DNA of 63,835 bases, filler included, from Octopus bimaculoides (lineage: Eukaryota): the NCBI RefSeq assembly GCF_001194135.2. It is 7 parts of 7 records of this genome, joined end to end, with 100 filler letters (N's around TTAATTAATTAA, not from the genome) between each part and the next. Parts side by side here need not be neighbours in the genome. Positions count along the whole stretch, not along the records: positions 20,893 to 44,673 come from NC_068985.1; positions 44,774 to 48,145 come from NC_069001.1; positions 48,246 to 59,284 come from NC_068988.1; 4 more parts are not named here. One strand, written 5' to 3'. The notes below the pieces were generated by a model. The model saw nothing but the letters and a program-made list of their open reading frames with translations, ran no database searches and was not told the DNA's origin. A program made the position numbers and the translations under genes. Positions 34,819-49,149 of the stretch are shown here, one piece after another; the first letter of the stretch is position 1; each line of letters starts with the position of its first letter.

Positions 34819-37658
34819 ATCAGATAGAATATAAACTTCATATGTTTCTTAAATGGCCGTCACTCATTACGCAAATGTCACGCAATCGCAAGTGTTACAC
34901 AATTAACTCTTCTCATTCTAGCTAATGACAGTTTGCGATTGCCTTGATGAAGTGTACATCCCGCACACAATTCCTGAGTCGGCCATAACACAGTGTTGAG
35001 TCCAAAAAGATCAATAGCAAAAGATAAAACAATAAACAAAGGAAATAACGTTTAGAGAACCAATGAGCGTTGTTGCACAAGGTGAGATCCAAAGTATACA
35101 TAGAATGGATATGGTTTAGAGTCAACGAGTAAGAACAAAAAGAGAAAGAGAAGGAAAGATGGAAGAAAAAGGTTGTTGTTATAATGAGGTATGTACTGCG
35201 ATGTTAAAAACCTATTCAAAAGATGTTGACGACAGATTTTGGCAGACTGCTAGTTTGGTGTCGTCGAAATTCAAGCAGTTTGGAAGCAAAGGTCTATCCA
35301 TACAGCAACGCCTACAAAATATAAGAGTAACATTGTACATATATACAAATGTACAACAACGCACATATGCACATGAATACTCGATTAAATAATATAACTA
35401 TAGATATAGAGATAAACAGAAGTACGTTTAAATACATACGCGTGTGTGTATTTATGTGTGTGTGTGTGTGTTTGTGCGTGTGTGCGTGTGTGTGTATGTG
35501 TGTGTGTGTAGTGAAAAAAAATGTGTTGTGATGGTTCAAAAATCGGTTTTAGTTGTAGGCTCCACACCACTGCAATGTCCAGCGAACGCCGACGTAGGAC
35601 ACAAACACAACCATCCCAAACCTGACTGCTATCTTTCTCAAGGAACCTCAGTAATTACGAAGGAATACATTTTTGCTTGTTTCTACAGTGGTCGTTATTG
35701 TAACAGTGGTACGAAAAATATACATGTATTACAATTCCAGGAGTAGCTGACACATCTAATTTTCAGTTTCAATCTCCTTATATGCATAAAAAACAGGGTG
35801 CTGAATTCTCTCTAATCACACAAGAAACCTAATCATCAATATTCCAATGCCATTATCATTTTTTTAGGGGAATGGTTTGTCTTTGTTATTTCTTGCTCCA
35901 TTTTCTTTACCGTATAACATCGTATTTTTGAGATATTTCATTGCTGTGTAACATCCTATTTTAGCATATTTTCAATGCCATGTGATACCATACTTCTGAC
36001 AGATTCTATTACATCTGATCTCTAATCTTCTACCAACCACTTCAATATGTTCATTCCTCATCATCTCTATATCTATCCGCAATACTGATTATATCACTTT
36101 ATGTCACTAACTTATCTAGAATTTCGGGTGGGAAATCACAACAGTTCATAACCTTTAAACTAGAACTACTCACACTGTCAGCTGCACCAGTGCATTTTAT
36201 GTATTTAAAGTACAGATTCTCTGACAGTTTTCTTGAAATGATTCAGTTTACTTGAATATAATAATTCTCGTGAGTTTATTGGTTGTATTACATGTATAGC
36301 AATACTTCCTTCCTGTTTTCTTTCTACACACTTATCATCGCTACTTCAGAGATTCTGTTGGCCTGCAGTAATCTCTCTGTTGGTTAACAGAAATCCTGGC
36401 TTTTGAAATCTAAGGATCTTCATACATCACTAATCACAACTGAAAACTACAAGCTATAATTTTCATATGTGATATGACTGTATGTGCGAGCGTACGTGTG
36501 TGTGTATGGGCGCGCGTTGTGTATGTATATGTATCTGTCTGTATGTCTGTGTGTTGGCATATATTTCCAAATGATACATTCTTTAGTTTACATTAAAATA
36601 CAGCAGAGCAATAAATTGTTCATGCAAATCTGCACACTAGACAATTATCTATATGTCTTCATCTATGATAGCTGCGATAACATCTTTTATATTTCACTGG
36701 GATAAAGGAAAAGGAATGGCATCAAAAATAATAAAAGAAGCGTTCTTTTTCATACAAAATAGTAGCAACTGAACAACACTTTCAAAGATATATCTTGTAT
36801 TATCCTTCATCGTAAATATGTATTGAACTGAAATATCTCATAATGATTCATAATCTTAATGATTCATAATAACACTAATGAGATTATTGTCTTCGTCGCG
36901 TATAATGAAGTGATAAGCATTAAATTCATAGTTGTGCGGTACACCTGACGAGTGGAGCCTGGTTTTGACTTGCTTTTATCACTCTGATCCAGGGTATAAC
37001 CAATTGATCCTTCTGAAGCAAACAAAATCTAACGTTGTAATTCTTCTTGATACACAATCTCCTTTATGTGGTGCTTTTGATGGTTAGCAAAAAAAACGGT
37101 CGTGAAGGCCTTCTCATATTAGATTATAGTGCCTCAAACAATGGGTAGCGCCTGCGGGGGAGGTTTATGAAGTACCCCACCTCGATTAGTGATTGGTGGC
37201 CCTTCTAAACAACAGCTCTATAATTCAGACTGAATCGGAGATGAGTTATTGAAAACTTAAGTGCATTATTTGCCCTTCTTTCAAAAGATAATCAAAATTT
37301 CTTTCAGCATTATTAGAATATTCAAAAGTTATAAACAATTCCATAAATGAATTTTCCTCCACTAAACCAGATCTGCTGAAAATTTACTCTCCAACCTCAC
37401 ATAGAGGTGTCTTCTCATGCTTCTCATCTTTGTTGTTGACATCAGGAAATGCTTTAGTCGGTTCCACCGATGGACTCCACGTTGTTTCTCAACGTTTGGC
37501 TAGGAAGGTGCCGATTTTATCGTACCACTTTAATATGCACTAACCACTCTCACCATTCATTCTCTTATTTACTTTTCACCTTAAACAATACTCATGCTCT
37601 TGTTTCTACCTCACTGTAGACATTATACTAAAATACGTACGCACACTACATACATATT

Positions 37659-38930
37659 TACGAGGTGCATTCCAGAAGGTTTGAGTTTTAATTTTCTTTT
37701 CAGTAGAGGTACTTATAATTGTCCTTGATTATTGTAATGTTATCATTATTGTACAGCATACCATTGCTATACAGCAAATAAACTGACCTGCGGACTTAAT
37801 TCTTATTCGAGATTGCAAGTGACGGATGTAGGAGCACTTTGAACACACTCTACTTTAAAACAACTAGTCACAGCTGACTAGTTTGCAGACTGAGATCGGG
37901 ATGTGAAAAAGAGTTTAGAAACTCACTTTGCAGTGAAATTGTGTTTAAAATGTAGCAAAAATGCTACAGAAACTTATGAAATTCTCTAGATTGCTTATAG
38001 ATCAGCTGAGGATTTGTTTTTTGCTGGTACAAGAAATTCAAGGACGGTAAAGATGTGAGAGACGTGAGGGATGTCGAAGGGAAGGGGATGTCACGAAATA
38101 AAACCTGGTTGAGAAAATTCGCAGTTTGAAGATGAAGACCGTCGTTTATCAATAAAGACAATAAATATACAGTTTGGACTTGGAAAGGCATCTATACACA
38201 GAATTATTCATAAAGATCTGAGCATGCGCAAAGCTTGTGCAAAGTTTGTTTCGAAAGTGCTCAGTGATGAACAGAAGGAAACACGCGTTGTTGGAAGCTA
38301 AGTCCATTCCTCCTAATCCAAGAGTACTTGAGTCTCTGCTGATAAAGCTGGATCTACTGCTATGATTCAGACATCAAAAGACAGAGTACCCAATAGAAGC
38401 ATCCTGGCACCCCTAGACCCAAGAAGTCCAGGCAAAGCAAATCTACTAGAAAGCATGATGATCCACTTCTTTCGCAGCAAGGATATCACTACATTCGCAG
38501 GGTTTCCTCTGAGTAGACGGTCAACAAAGTGTACTTTATGGAAGTTTTGATGGATCTAAGTAATAGATTGCGCCGGAGAAGACCAGAGTTCTTCCACTTG
38601 AGACCGTGGAAACTGTCCCAGGACAATGCTCTAGTCCACAATTCTATTAAACTTAACAGAGATGAGTATCAAAACTACCCACACACACATACACACACAT
38701 ACACACACTCACTCAGCCCAAACCAGGCACCCTGTGTATTTAGTTGCTGTCCAAGCTGAAGGGCACCCTTTTTGACAAGGGTCCTAGACACCATAATTTA
38801 GAGGACTTGCATGAGGCCTTCAAGAAGTGGCTGGGACGCTAAAGCAAATACATTGAAGTTAGGGTATCCTATTTTGAAGAAGATTAAAGTTTCGTACTTA
38901 CATGGAATAAACGATGTGCATACACACATA
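37659..38930 (+). mobile_element. Mariner (DD34D-type) element, near full length, decayed
   Basis: TACGAGG start. Transposase remnants KNATETYEIL, WYKKFKDG, MRKACAKFVSKVLSDEQKE, WIYCYD, TVNKVYFMEVL, QDNALVH, APC, KYIEVRVSYFEED*. A (CA)n tract interrupts the HPPYS region. Confidence 0.85.
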
Positions 38931-39164
38931 TACACACACTTATCTTAAGGACACGTAAATTAAACACATCACGTTTTATTTTATATGACTTTAATGACTT
39001 TTCTCGCTGTTCCAAGGTCTTATGACTACACACATGAGGGCGTTAGTGTAACACTAATCTTCACTTTACATGAATAACACTTAACTGAATCCCTAAAATG
39101 TTAAATTTCTCTGATCAGCTATTCTTTTCTCCTCCAGGCACAACACCCAAAACATTGTGTAATG

Positions 39165-39535
39165 GGGCCAATCAATTAGATCGACCCCAGTACGTAACTG
39201 GTACTTAATTTATCCACCACGAAAGGATAAAAAGCAAAGTCGACTTCGGCGGAATGTTCGACCTCAGAATGTAAAGACAGACGAAATAGACGTGCTAACG
39301 TTTCTTATTTCTTTACTGCCCACAAGGGGCTACACACAGGGGAGACAAACAAGGACAGACAAGAGGATTAAGTCGATTATATCGACCCCAGTGCGTAACT
39401 GGTACTTATTTAATCGACCCCGAAAGGATGAAAAGCAAAGTCCACCTCGGCGGTATTTGAACTCAGAACGTAGCGGCAGACGAAATACTGCTAAGCATTT
39501 CGCCCGGCGTGCTAATGTTTCTGCCAGCTCGCCGC
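39165..39535 (-). mobile_element. Two tandem SINE family B copies (CpG-retaining)
   Basis: Full copy about 39290-39535 (GCGGCGAGCTGGCAGAAAC..CACGCCGGGCGAAATGC) followed by a partial copy about 39165-39275. Confidence 0.88.
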
Positions 39536-41563
39536 ATTTTCTCTGATCAGCCATTGACGCAGTAAACTTCATGCCAGTTGCATTGAATTACTTATTCCAT
39601 ATCTAGTAGAATGTTGTACTTACACAATCCGATATTTTACTTGGCATTAACAAAAACTAACGCACCATTTCATCACTATTACCAGCTTACATATTAATTG
39701 TTTACTATCAAAGTTTCTTCTATCTCTACTACAACAACCAACTCTCCTTTAAATCAGTTCGTCGTATACTACGACACTAGATTGCATCTAGCACAACATT
39801 CTAGCATGCCTGTTGTGTGTGAACCACAGAACCCACATTTAATTCGTTTACCATCTATCTCTTGTAGTTTGAGCTCCCATATCGAGGTCTCATCGTTGGC
39901 TATTCTTTCAGAGTATCACTGAAACACCACCTTGTGCAGTGATTAAATAATAAAAGTAAAGACGCCAGGCTAAATTTTGAGTTCTGTCGTTTATTGACAA
40001 CGAAAAGATTTCGCGGATTGAGAAGAACAAAGTAAAACTGAAATTTCTCAGCTTCTGTCTAGTTAAATCTGTGTTGCAGTCTATATGAAACGTGCATGGT
40101 TGTTATTCTTCTCACTGTTGTTGTTGTTGTTGTTGTCGTCGTCGTTGTTGATGTTGAGGATGATCCCCTAACAGGAATATACGAATAACCGCGAGGCTGG
40201 GTGGAGGAGTTTGTCTCCCCCTCGCAAACATAAGGATACAGGAAATGTGTCAAGGCCGACAGGAAGCGGTCCAGCTTCCTAGGGCTAAATAGCAGTAGTA
40301 TATTCCCTTATTGGGACTGTCACGTTAAGTTGGCAGTATGCAACTACTTTATCGCTATTATATGTAAACAAAAAAATATCCTAAAATATAACTATATTTT
40401 TTTTATTTTTGTGTAAAACACAAATGACGTGATCTGTTCTTTGAAATAATTATAGTAAATTCTAATATTTTAATTTTCTTACCAAATAAATTCAATGCCA
40501 CTACTAATTTTTGGCGTCTGCTTTTTTTTCCCCCTAATACTTAAACAACAGCAATACATCATTATCCAGCGAAGCGCTTGTTTTCCTACTGACCCATTGT
40601 ATCGCCCTCAATTCGCCTGCACACTACATAGTATGCATACATTATACTCCGAGAAGTCTAGATCTATTAAACCATCTTTTGCTGAACTGTATCGCTATAA
40701 TCCCCCAAAGAGTTACTCTTAAGGCGTTGCATCAGGTGAAGTAAATTTATGCTTCTCATCTCTTTCATTCCTGAGAGCTTCTGCAGTTTCTGACTAAAGT
40801 CAAACTTCCTTGAATAAAATTGCCAAATAAATAATAATAAAATAAAATAATCCATCTGCAAAACTGCTTAATGTAGTTCTAATGTGACAGTAGTGGAACT
40901 TCTAAATATGTTAACACGAGAGGAAGCATGATGTAATGAGAATTTGGCAGAATTGACAGATGATAGAAACAGAAACATTAACACTAAGAACAGGTTTAAC
41001 CAGTTCAGTGTCAAGCCTGACAAAAATAAAAAAATTAAAATAAAAACACAACAAAAAGAAATCTCGTGTAAAATTGAGGTTTATTTGGCAGTTGTGTCCA
41101 TTATTTTGTGTGCATTTCTAACTGTTGTAGCAGTTCAAATAGGTTAGATTTCAAAAGTAAATTAACAAGGTGGAAAAACCTCCCACTCTACTACTGTTAA
41201 GTGACTGTCATTTTGAATATCAAATCCTGACAGGTGAACAGAGTAGGCCCATCATTATTAAAGCTGACAGTAGAAAAATACAATAAAAATACTGCAGCGT
41301 TTATTTGTTGACTGAGTGGAGGTGGGTGCATTCAAACTATAGCCAGAAGGTTATCACTTGAAATCTCTTATTGCAGCTTCGTTCATATGCAGGAAGAAGC
41401 TAGAAGTATATTTACAGAATAACTTACATAAAGAGAAATCTACGACTAAATGTTTTCCAACGATAATTTCATTCTAAATTACTGTAAACAAATGGCATAT
41501 ACAGTTTTCAACAATTGTCTGCACAAATCAACATTAAACAGCATTAGACAAACACGCACGCAC

Positions 41564-41608
<45 letters not shown>

Positions 41609-43998
41609 AACACACACACACATACACACACACACNNNNNNNNNNNNNNNNNNNNNNNNNNNNNNNNNNNNNNNNNNNNNNNNNNNNNNNNNNNNNNNNN
41701 NNNNNNNNNNNNNNNNNNNNNNNNNNNNNNNNNNNNNNNNNNNNNNNNNNNNNNNNNNNNNNNNTATATATATATATATATATATTCAAGAGAAAATAGG
41801 AAGGCATACCAATCATGGTTTCTGCGAAAAACTTTTCTTATTTTTTAAGACATTGTTTTGTATATTTCCTTCCTTCAGTGCATCTGATCATGCGGGAACA
41901 CTAGTATAAGTGCATATCTAATACATTCTAATATTCTAATAGTAATCATGTTGTTCTTAATGTGGTTGTCATGAGGCTAGCCTTGAGTGAACTAACATAT
42001 AATGAAATACAGAGCAAGTTAGATACTCCAATCTTGTTTTCAGACAAGATTATTGAACGATCTACACTTTTCAATACAAAAAGTTATTCTTGATTTGAAT
42101 TCGTCTGTGATATGACAGAATGAACAATAACTGACGGCCAGCTGGGAGAGCTACTATAACGCAGAATGCAGATACTGGAACAAATACAGCAATGCTGTGC
42201 GTGCTTCATTTCTGCATCGTCAGGTCGAGGTCACCTTTGGTTTTCATCCTTACTTGTGTTGCTAAAATAAAATAGCAAACCATGAGAAGGATTGGGAGAA
42301 CGTTTAGAGTATCAGATGAGATGTATTCTGGTATTTGCTCCAGTTCTTTAAGCATCGAGTTCTTAGTGGATTGATACTATCCATCAACCGGTTGAACTCC
42401 ACTGTCTTCTGCTTGGGTAATTTTAGCGACGTCTGCTGCTTTGAAAGCAATTACAACACCACCGGTTGGAATATAGCATACTCTTTTCTGCTAAACAAGC
42501 TTCAGCGGCTCTGAAAAGCATAAAGATTTACGTATGTTACATTTCTCGCACTGATTAGACGTTAAAGAAAGCTTTTTGGACTAATCTAAGTTTTTCTTAT
42601 ATATGTATGTATATAGTACTCCTGCTAAATATTTCTTTCCTTTTACATTTATTTTTTCGTCCACAAGCACATATTCTCAATTTCAATGATTTAAAACAAA
42701 CCTGAATACGGTCGTTTAAAATATGACTCTGCGAATACGAGGCACAGGAAACACAACACGCACACACACGCACACATACACACACATACATACATACACT
42801 CACACATCCACACACACAAATAGAGTGAGTGAATAGAGATCAATAATCTATAGTATCATTACCATTACAAACTAATAAAATATTTCTTCAGGATTGCGGT
42901 TGACCTGGGACTAAAACATGATTACGACGATATTTGTTTATGTAATTATTGCTGTTGTTATATTTACAACAATAAATGAATGGCGTGGCAACAATTGTTC
43001 TTCATAACAGCGTGGAGATATTTCAGTTTGACAAACAATAAACAAACAAGAAATGCAATAGAAACAAAAGCTAACATATCAGCAGCATCACCGTCATCAT
43101 CATCAACACCAACAACATTAACTCCTGAAATAACTACAATAAAAAGATAAACAAGTGAGACAAGAATATAATTAACTTACACAATAACAACAATAATAAA
43201 ATATTAGGAGCCACTGTTGTACTAAGTACCAGCAAAATGACGAGCTCTTCACGGTTTGAATGTCTTTCATCATAAGTTTGTTTGATCCTATTAATTTAAC
43301 CAGTGGCTAAACAATGACAACAAATATATCATCAACCTCATGAAGATGAAATACCAGAACAAAAGCAACAAAACAATACATACAAAAGCGTCGACCACAG
43401 AGACAACAACAAAAGCATCACATTTCCAGAAGCCACATAATAGTAAGAAACAAAATGAAAATTCTGAAATTTTCTTTTTAAGAAATATTTTAAGCAGACT
43501 GTAGCTCAGAGCTGTAATTCTAAGTATTCTGATCAAGTATTACGTACAAAAGCAGCATTCGAGATCAACATTATCATTATTTAAATGTGTATCTATCTTA
43601 TATGACCATGCACACACACACACACACACATACACACANNNNNNNNNNNNNNNNNNNNNNNNNNNNNNNNNNNNNNNNNNNNNNNNNNNNNNNNNNNNNN
43701 NNNNNNNNNNNNNNNNNNNNNNNNNNNNNNNNNNNNNATATATATATATATATACTCATATGTATATAAATATATACATAAACGTTTATACATAGATATA
43801 TATCAACGTATCTATTTACAATGAAAAATTTCTCTTCATTGTAATTGTACCAAAGTACAAACAACGGCGGCTGCAACACTCGATGCTAGAAGTAGGATAA
43901 GGAAGCATAAGATGACTAAACCGCTAGTCACTGCTTACTGTGGTATGTATATACAAACATATACTTACACACATAAACATATATACATGTAACTATGC

Positions 43999-44038
<40 letters not shown>

Positions 44039-44073
44039 TTCTCTCTCTATTTCTCTCTCTCTCTTTCTCTCTA

Positions 44074-44193
<120 letters not shown>

Positions 44194-44634
44194 TACTTAT
44201 ACATATATATGTATATATACGTATATGTATATGTATATAAGTACATATATATAAGTACATATATATAAGTATGTCTTTATGATTGTATCTGTATATATGC
44301 ATGTATGTTTGTCTGTACGTATGTATGCATGTATGTATGTGTGTATGTATGTATGCTTGCAAGTGGTGGAATCGATCAATAATTTGTAGTATCATTACCA
44401 ATGCAAGGTAATAATATCTCATTAACTTGACACATGCTGTTCCGAGGATGGCAAATCACTAGAATTAATAATAAACAGCTGAACTGGAGTGGAGTTAATG
44501 AAACAAACATTGTTATATACGACATTCATTGTATACTTACATCCATTCATAAACACACATTTGTAGTTGCACGTATACACATGCACAGGTACTAGCATAC
44601 ATTTCTGCACACGAACATACTTGCATAAATACAA

Positions 44635-44673
<39 letters not shown>

Positions 44674-44774
44674 NNNNNNNNNNNNNNNNNNNNNNNNNNN
44701 NNNNNNNNNNNNNNNNNTTAATTAATTAANNNNNNNNNNNNNNNNNNNNNNNNNNNNNNNNNNNNNNNNNNNNG

Positions 44775-45576
44775 AAAAACTCTCTTTCAAAAATGAGAAG
44801 TGAGAAGGTTTTTGAAAAATATTTTGATGAAGTATCCTCTTCTGACTTGGTGAAAATACCCAACATTTCGCGATCTAAAAATATACCACTGCGCTTTAGG
44901 CACACAACAACTACTGAAGAAGTTGCTCTTTCTGTCACCGATGACTGGCGTCGGCAATTTTTCCCTATAGTGGCTGTCATCGAAAATGAATTGACTCACC
45001 GGTTTCAGCAACAGGGAATACGTGTATGCTCTGAGCAAGAAGAGTTGCTATTGTCAGCAGTCAAATGTGGAGTATTTAACTTTGAAAATGCATCTGCTTC
45101 TTTTGATTTACTCTTACTGTCATCCCAAATCAAACTTCTTGCTGGCCTATGGACGGAAAAGGAAAATTTGCCTAACTCATTTAATGACATAGTTGAAAAA
45201 TAGAGAGCGTCTGATGCTATTTTTCGTTCTAGTATGGCTACAAGTGTTGGCGTTAATGCAGCTTGTCTTGTCTTCACCTCTTTCAGAATGGTTTACTTTT
45301 CAATGAAATGTCATTTTGTTATTTTTCATGTTTTTATTCAATTAATCTGCAATTTTCTTCTTGTATTAAATGGATAACCCACCCTCCATTTACAGCAAGT
45401 AGCGAGCATCTCGTTTTTTACCTGTGTGCTAAATTTGACTACTTACGACTAACACGGGCACATGCGCAAATTTGTGACATGCACACTCCCAGAACTCGGA
45501 TCCACACTTTTCCAGTAGTGCCAAATTTTGAAACTGAGTTTGCACCCCCTAAGCAAATTTTGTTCCCGGGCCACTG
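44775..45576 (+). mobile_element. hAT transposon 3' part (ZMYM1-like transposase fragment plus right end)
   Basis: RSEKVFEKYFDEV...IPLRF...WRRQFFPIVAVIENELTHRFQQ...EELLLSA resembles the hAT/ZMYM1-like C-terminal region. The terminus CCCGGGCCACTG (reverse complement CAGTGGCCCGGG) is hAT-like. The 5' part is lost in a gap. Confidence 0.7.
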
Positions 45577-47099
45577 CATGTTGTAAGAAGAAAGAAACAC
45601 TTTGGAAATTTCCAACACATTCAAGTACTTGCTTCTGTGTGTAATGGTTGATACGAGTGGAAGTAAGGTAGAAAGATCAGACAATTTAGATTAACTAAAG
45701 TTTATGGACAAAAGTAACTTTAAGGAAGCTCACAAACAGGTTTGCATGCATGTGTGTACGTAAGTGTGTGAGAGAGATTGAGAGAGAGAGAGAGATGTTG
45801 CACATAAACAACATTCTTACACTTAGACACGTTGTACACATATAAACAAAGCCGCATTGTCAAATTGTGTTTGTGTCTATAGTGATGATATGAAAACTAA
45901 CAAACAAATAATGAAGCAACTACTTTACTTTATTAGAGACTAGTTTAAAACCGCCACTCTGTCCGGATCTTTAAGATAGCTCCCGCGGGGGACTAGTAGG
46001 GCCTGCGGCACAAAATTGAAGAGAGCGAAATAGCATAACTATAATATGTCTGTGATGACTCTATGCCCCATGCGTGTTTCGTAAGACATTAACGAAGGAT
46101 GAGAATTAATTCTCTAATGCAAACATTCCCTTGTTCCAGTCCCAAGTTCAATTCCACCTGTCGATTAATTTGTCGCAAAGTTCTTATCTGGATGTAAAAT
46201 TAACGAAGCGAATGTCATTTATCTCCCCTAGCAACCGAAATACCTTTAAATCACATGCCAATACTGGATGTTCAAGAACCGACTTAAGGGCAAGTTTTAA
46301 AGTCTGGGATCGTTCTCATTCCAAAATGGAATAATAGAGGGGGCAGTGGACTGGGAGAATTTAGATTTTATTATTGTCGAAATATCAAGAAAATATCAAA
46401 CAGTTTAATATCAGCAAACTTGTGTTTTGTTTAAATGCTTATCGACCTTATAACACTGCACAATACATCTACCCGTAGACTAAATGTTAAGTAACTATTA
46501 TTTGTGTTCATAAGGCGGTGAGTGGTTCATTGGTTAGACGTTCAAATTCCACCGATATCGATGGTTCCCTTGATCCTTTCGTTGTTGATAATATCAGTGC
46601 CAGTCAATCTTTCGGGTCCATATGATTGACTACTCACTCGACCAAATTTCAAGTCCTGTTCCTATAGTAGAAAGGAATATTTCATGTACGATTTTTATTT
46701 ACCGATCCTTACTATCATATCCCCTGACAGTTACACGACTGTTTACAATGAAATATTCTGTGTGAATATATCTTGAGTGAAGTTTCGTTTCTGGTTGGAA
46801 CATCCAGGTTTCCTGTCCTGAAATTGCCTGGTTAAGAGTTCATACGGTTGGAGGAACAATACCGGACACCTTGTAACTATGTTATGGTACCAACCAGCAT
46901 GTTACAGAGGGTGTTTAAGAACTCAAAGGTGCATAAAACGGCAGACCCACACACTTGTGCCCCCTGCTTTGTTCCCTGATAACTTCCAGAAAAATGACTC
47001 TCTTTCCAAAGAAATTTTCTACAAATACCTCTCAGGTGGTGTACAATACGATTATATCGTAATTTAATGTGAAAAAAATAAAGAATTCGCGAAATTACC

Positions 47100-47184
47100 C
47101 ACATATATACTGACACACATAACATCCACAAAATGGAACTTGAAATTTTGAAAAGGAATTGGGATGTGTGTCAGTATATATGTG
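47100..47184. repeat. Perfect 21-bp inverted repeat with 43-nt spacer
   Basis: CACATATATACTGACACACAT (47100-47120) and ATGTGTGTCAGTATATATGTG (47164-47184). Confidence 0.9.
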
Positions 47185-47689
47185 AACGCTACCTCTATTT
47201 TTTCTGAGTTATGAAGAAACAATTGTGTGGAGGACACACTTGTGAGGGTCCGCTCTAAATATCCCCACAAACACCAAAAACAAGGTGAAGATGACTCTGA
47301 CTTCACTCTAGTCTTCAGGTGTCCGGGTGCGTCCCCCGGCGCACACATTCCCTAGCCTCTAACCACCGCGAAAGGTTGAAAGAGACTGAATATTATAAGA
47401 AACGAAGGTCTTGGAGAAAACATTTCCGATATTGTGACGTCATAATGACAATATGGAGAACTATAGAAATCTCTAAAATAGACGAGAAATTCTTGAATGA
47501 ATTTCATACATAGACGCTACGCAAGCACGCACACTATAGCACACACACACACACACACATGTACTCAACCAAATATTTACATATATGATGTATGCAGTTA
47601 CATTAATATGTGTCTGTATACTTGTGTGTATACACATATGTGTGTGTGTGTGTGTGTGCATACTTATCTGTCTATCAATATATACAGAT

Positions 47690-47910
47690 ATAAAGGTAGC
47701 GAACTGGCAGAACCGTTAGCTCAAACACCAACATTCTTAGTAGCATTTCGTCCGTCTGCATATTCTGAGTTCAAATCCCGCTGTGGGCGTCATTTTTTAC
47801 ATTCTTTCGGGATTTACATCTTTTCAGGATAAGATAAAGTACCAGTTGAACACTGGGAATTACTGACACTTTAGAAATCGCTGGCCTTGTGCCAAAATCT
47901 GAAATCAATA
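47690..47910 (+). mobile_element. SINE family B
   Basis: AAGGTAGCGAACTGGCAGAACCGTTAGC..GAGTTCAAATCCC..AAGTACCAG..CTTGTGCCAAAATCTGAAATC. Confidence 0.8.
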
Positions 47911-48450
47911 CATAGAGGCATAAGGGGGGCGGGCACAGACACATATAAGCTCACAGGTGCACATACATACATGCATACATACATACATACATACGCGTGC
48001 GAACAAAGACACACAATCAAACGTACACCAACTTGAAAATCATTTATTTACGTATGGTTCATGTATATATACCTACGGTCCAGATGGAGAATATGTAAAC
48101 GGAGCCTTCCCCCCTTAATTTTTTTTCTTTTTTTTTTTTTTTTTTNNNNNNNNNNNNNNNNNNNNNNNNNNNNNNNNNNNNNNNNNNNNTTAATTAATTA
48201 ANNNNNNNNNNNNNNNNNNNNNNNNNNNNNNNNNNNNNNNNNNNNGAATAATTTGTAGTTTAGAATCAGTAGTTCTTTGACTGCTGTTTCTGAATTTTCA
48301 GTATGTTGGAGAAGCAACTCAATTGCTAATCCCTTATATTTATGATGATAAATGGTCTTACCGTTAAAGTTTTATTTCATACTGAACTACTTGGCAAAAT
48401 TGTTAATTGTTAATTCTATTATTAATTGACGATTCCCTGCCCTCATTTCT

Positions 48451-48484
<34 letters not shown>

Positions 48485-49149
48485 TTTGGACATTTTGTTG
48501 GAAATATAACGATACGAACCAATGCACCAGTCCTCCATTCCAAACGCAACTAATGCGTATGTACCAAGGAACATGTCTGTATGGAAATCTTTATGTATAC
48601 ATATGTGTATATATGTATGTATGTGAGAGTGGGTATATATATGTGTCCTACTCATGTATAATAACAATAATAATTGACTCATTGGTGTGCATGTATGGAC
48701 ATTTGTGTATGTACATTTAAATGTGCATATATGTATTTATGTATTTACGCTTATTTATGTATATCTATGTGTATGTTAAAGTATGCATATATATGTGAGT
48801 TATTACAGTTTTTACATTTTTATATTTGAATATTTTAAATTAACCTTATGAACTTTATAAATTGACACAATACAATGTCTGCAAGTTGATGAATATCACC
48901 TATTCCCCTCCATTTTCTCATTGCAATATAAATTAATGGTAAAATATCTTTTTACCCGCACCCATTTATCTCACTTGGTAATACAAAGAAAAAACACTAT
49001 TGTAATAATTATTGGGTATTCTTCCGGTAGTATATTGGAAAGATATTGTCCCTTAGTGGGTTGGATTCACAATGTATGTGTTATTGTGTGTGTGAGTGTT
49101 TTCGTGTTGGTGTATGTGTGTATGTGTGTGCGTGCGTGTGTGTGTGTTC

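Noticed and set aside
35850-36430. Possible ancient LINE RT remnant on the minus strand
   Set aside because: Composition is suggestive, but no motif could be read with confidence.
36938-37000. CTGACGA hammerhead-like core
   Set aside because: No helix II-GAAA partner follows.
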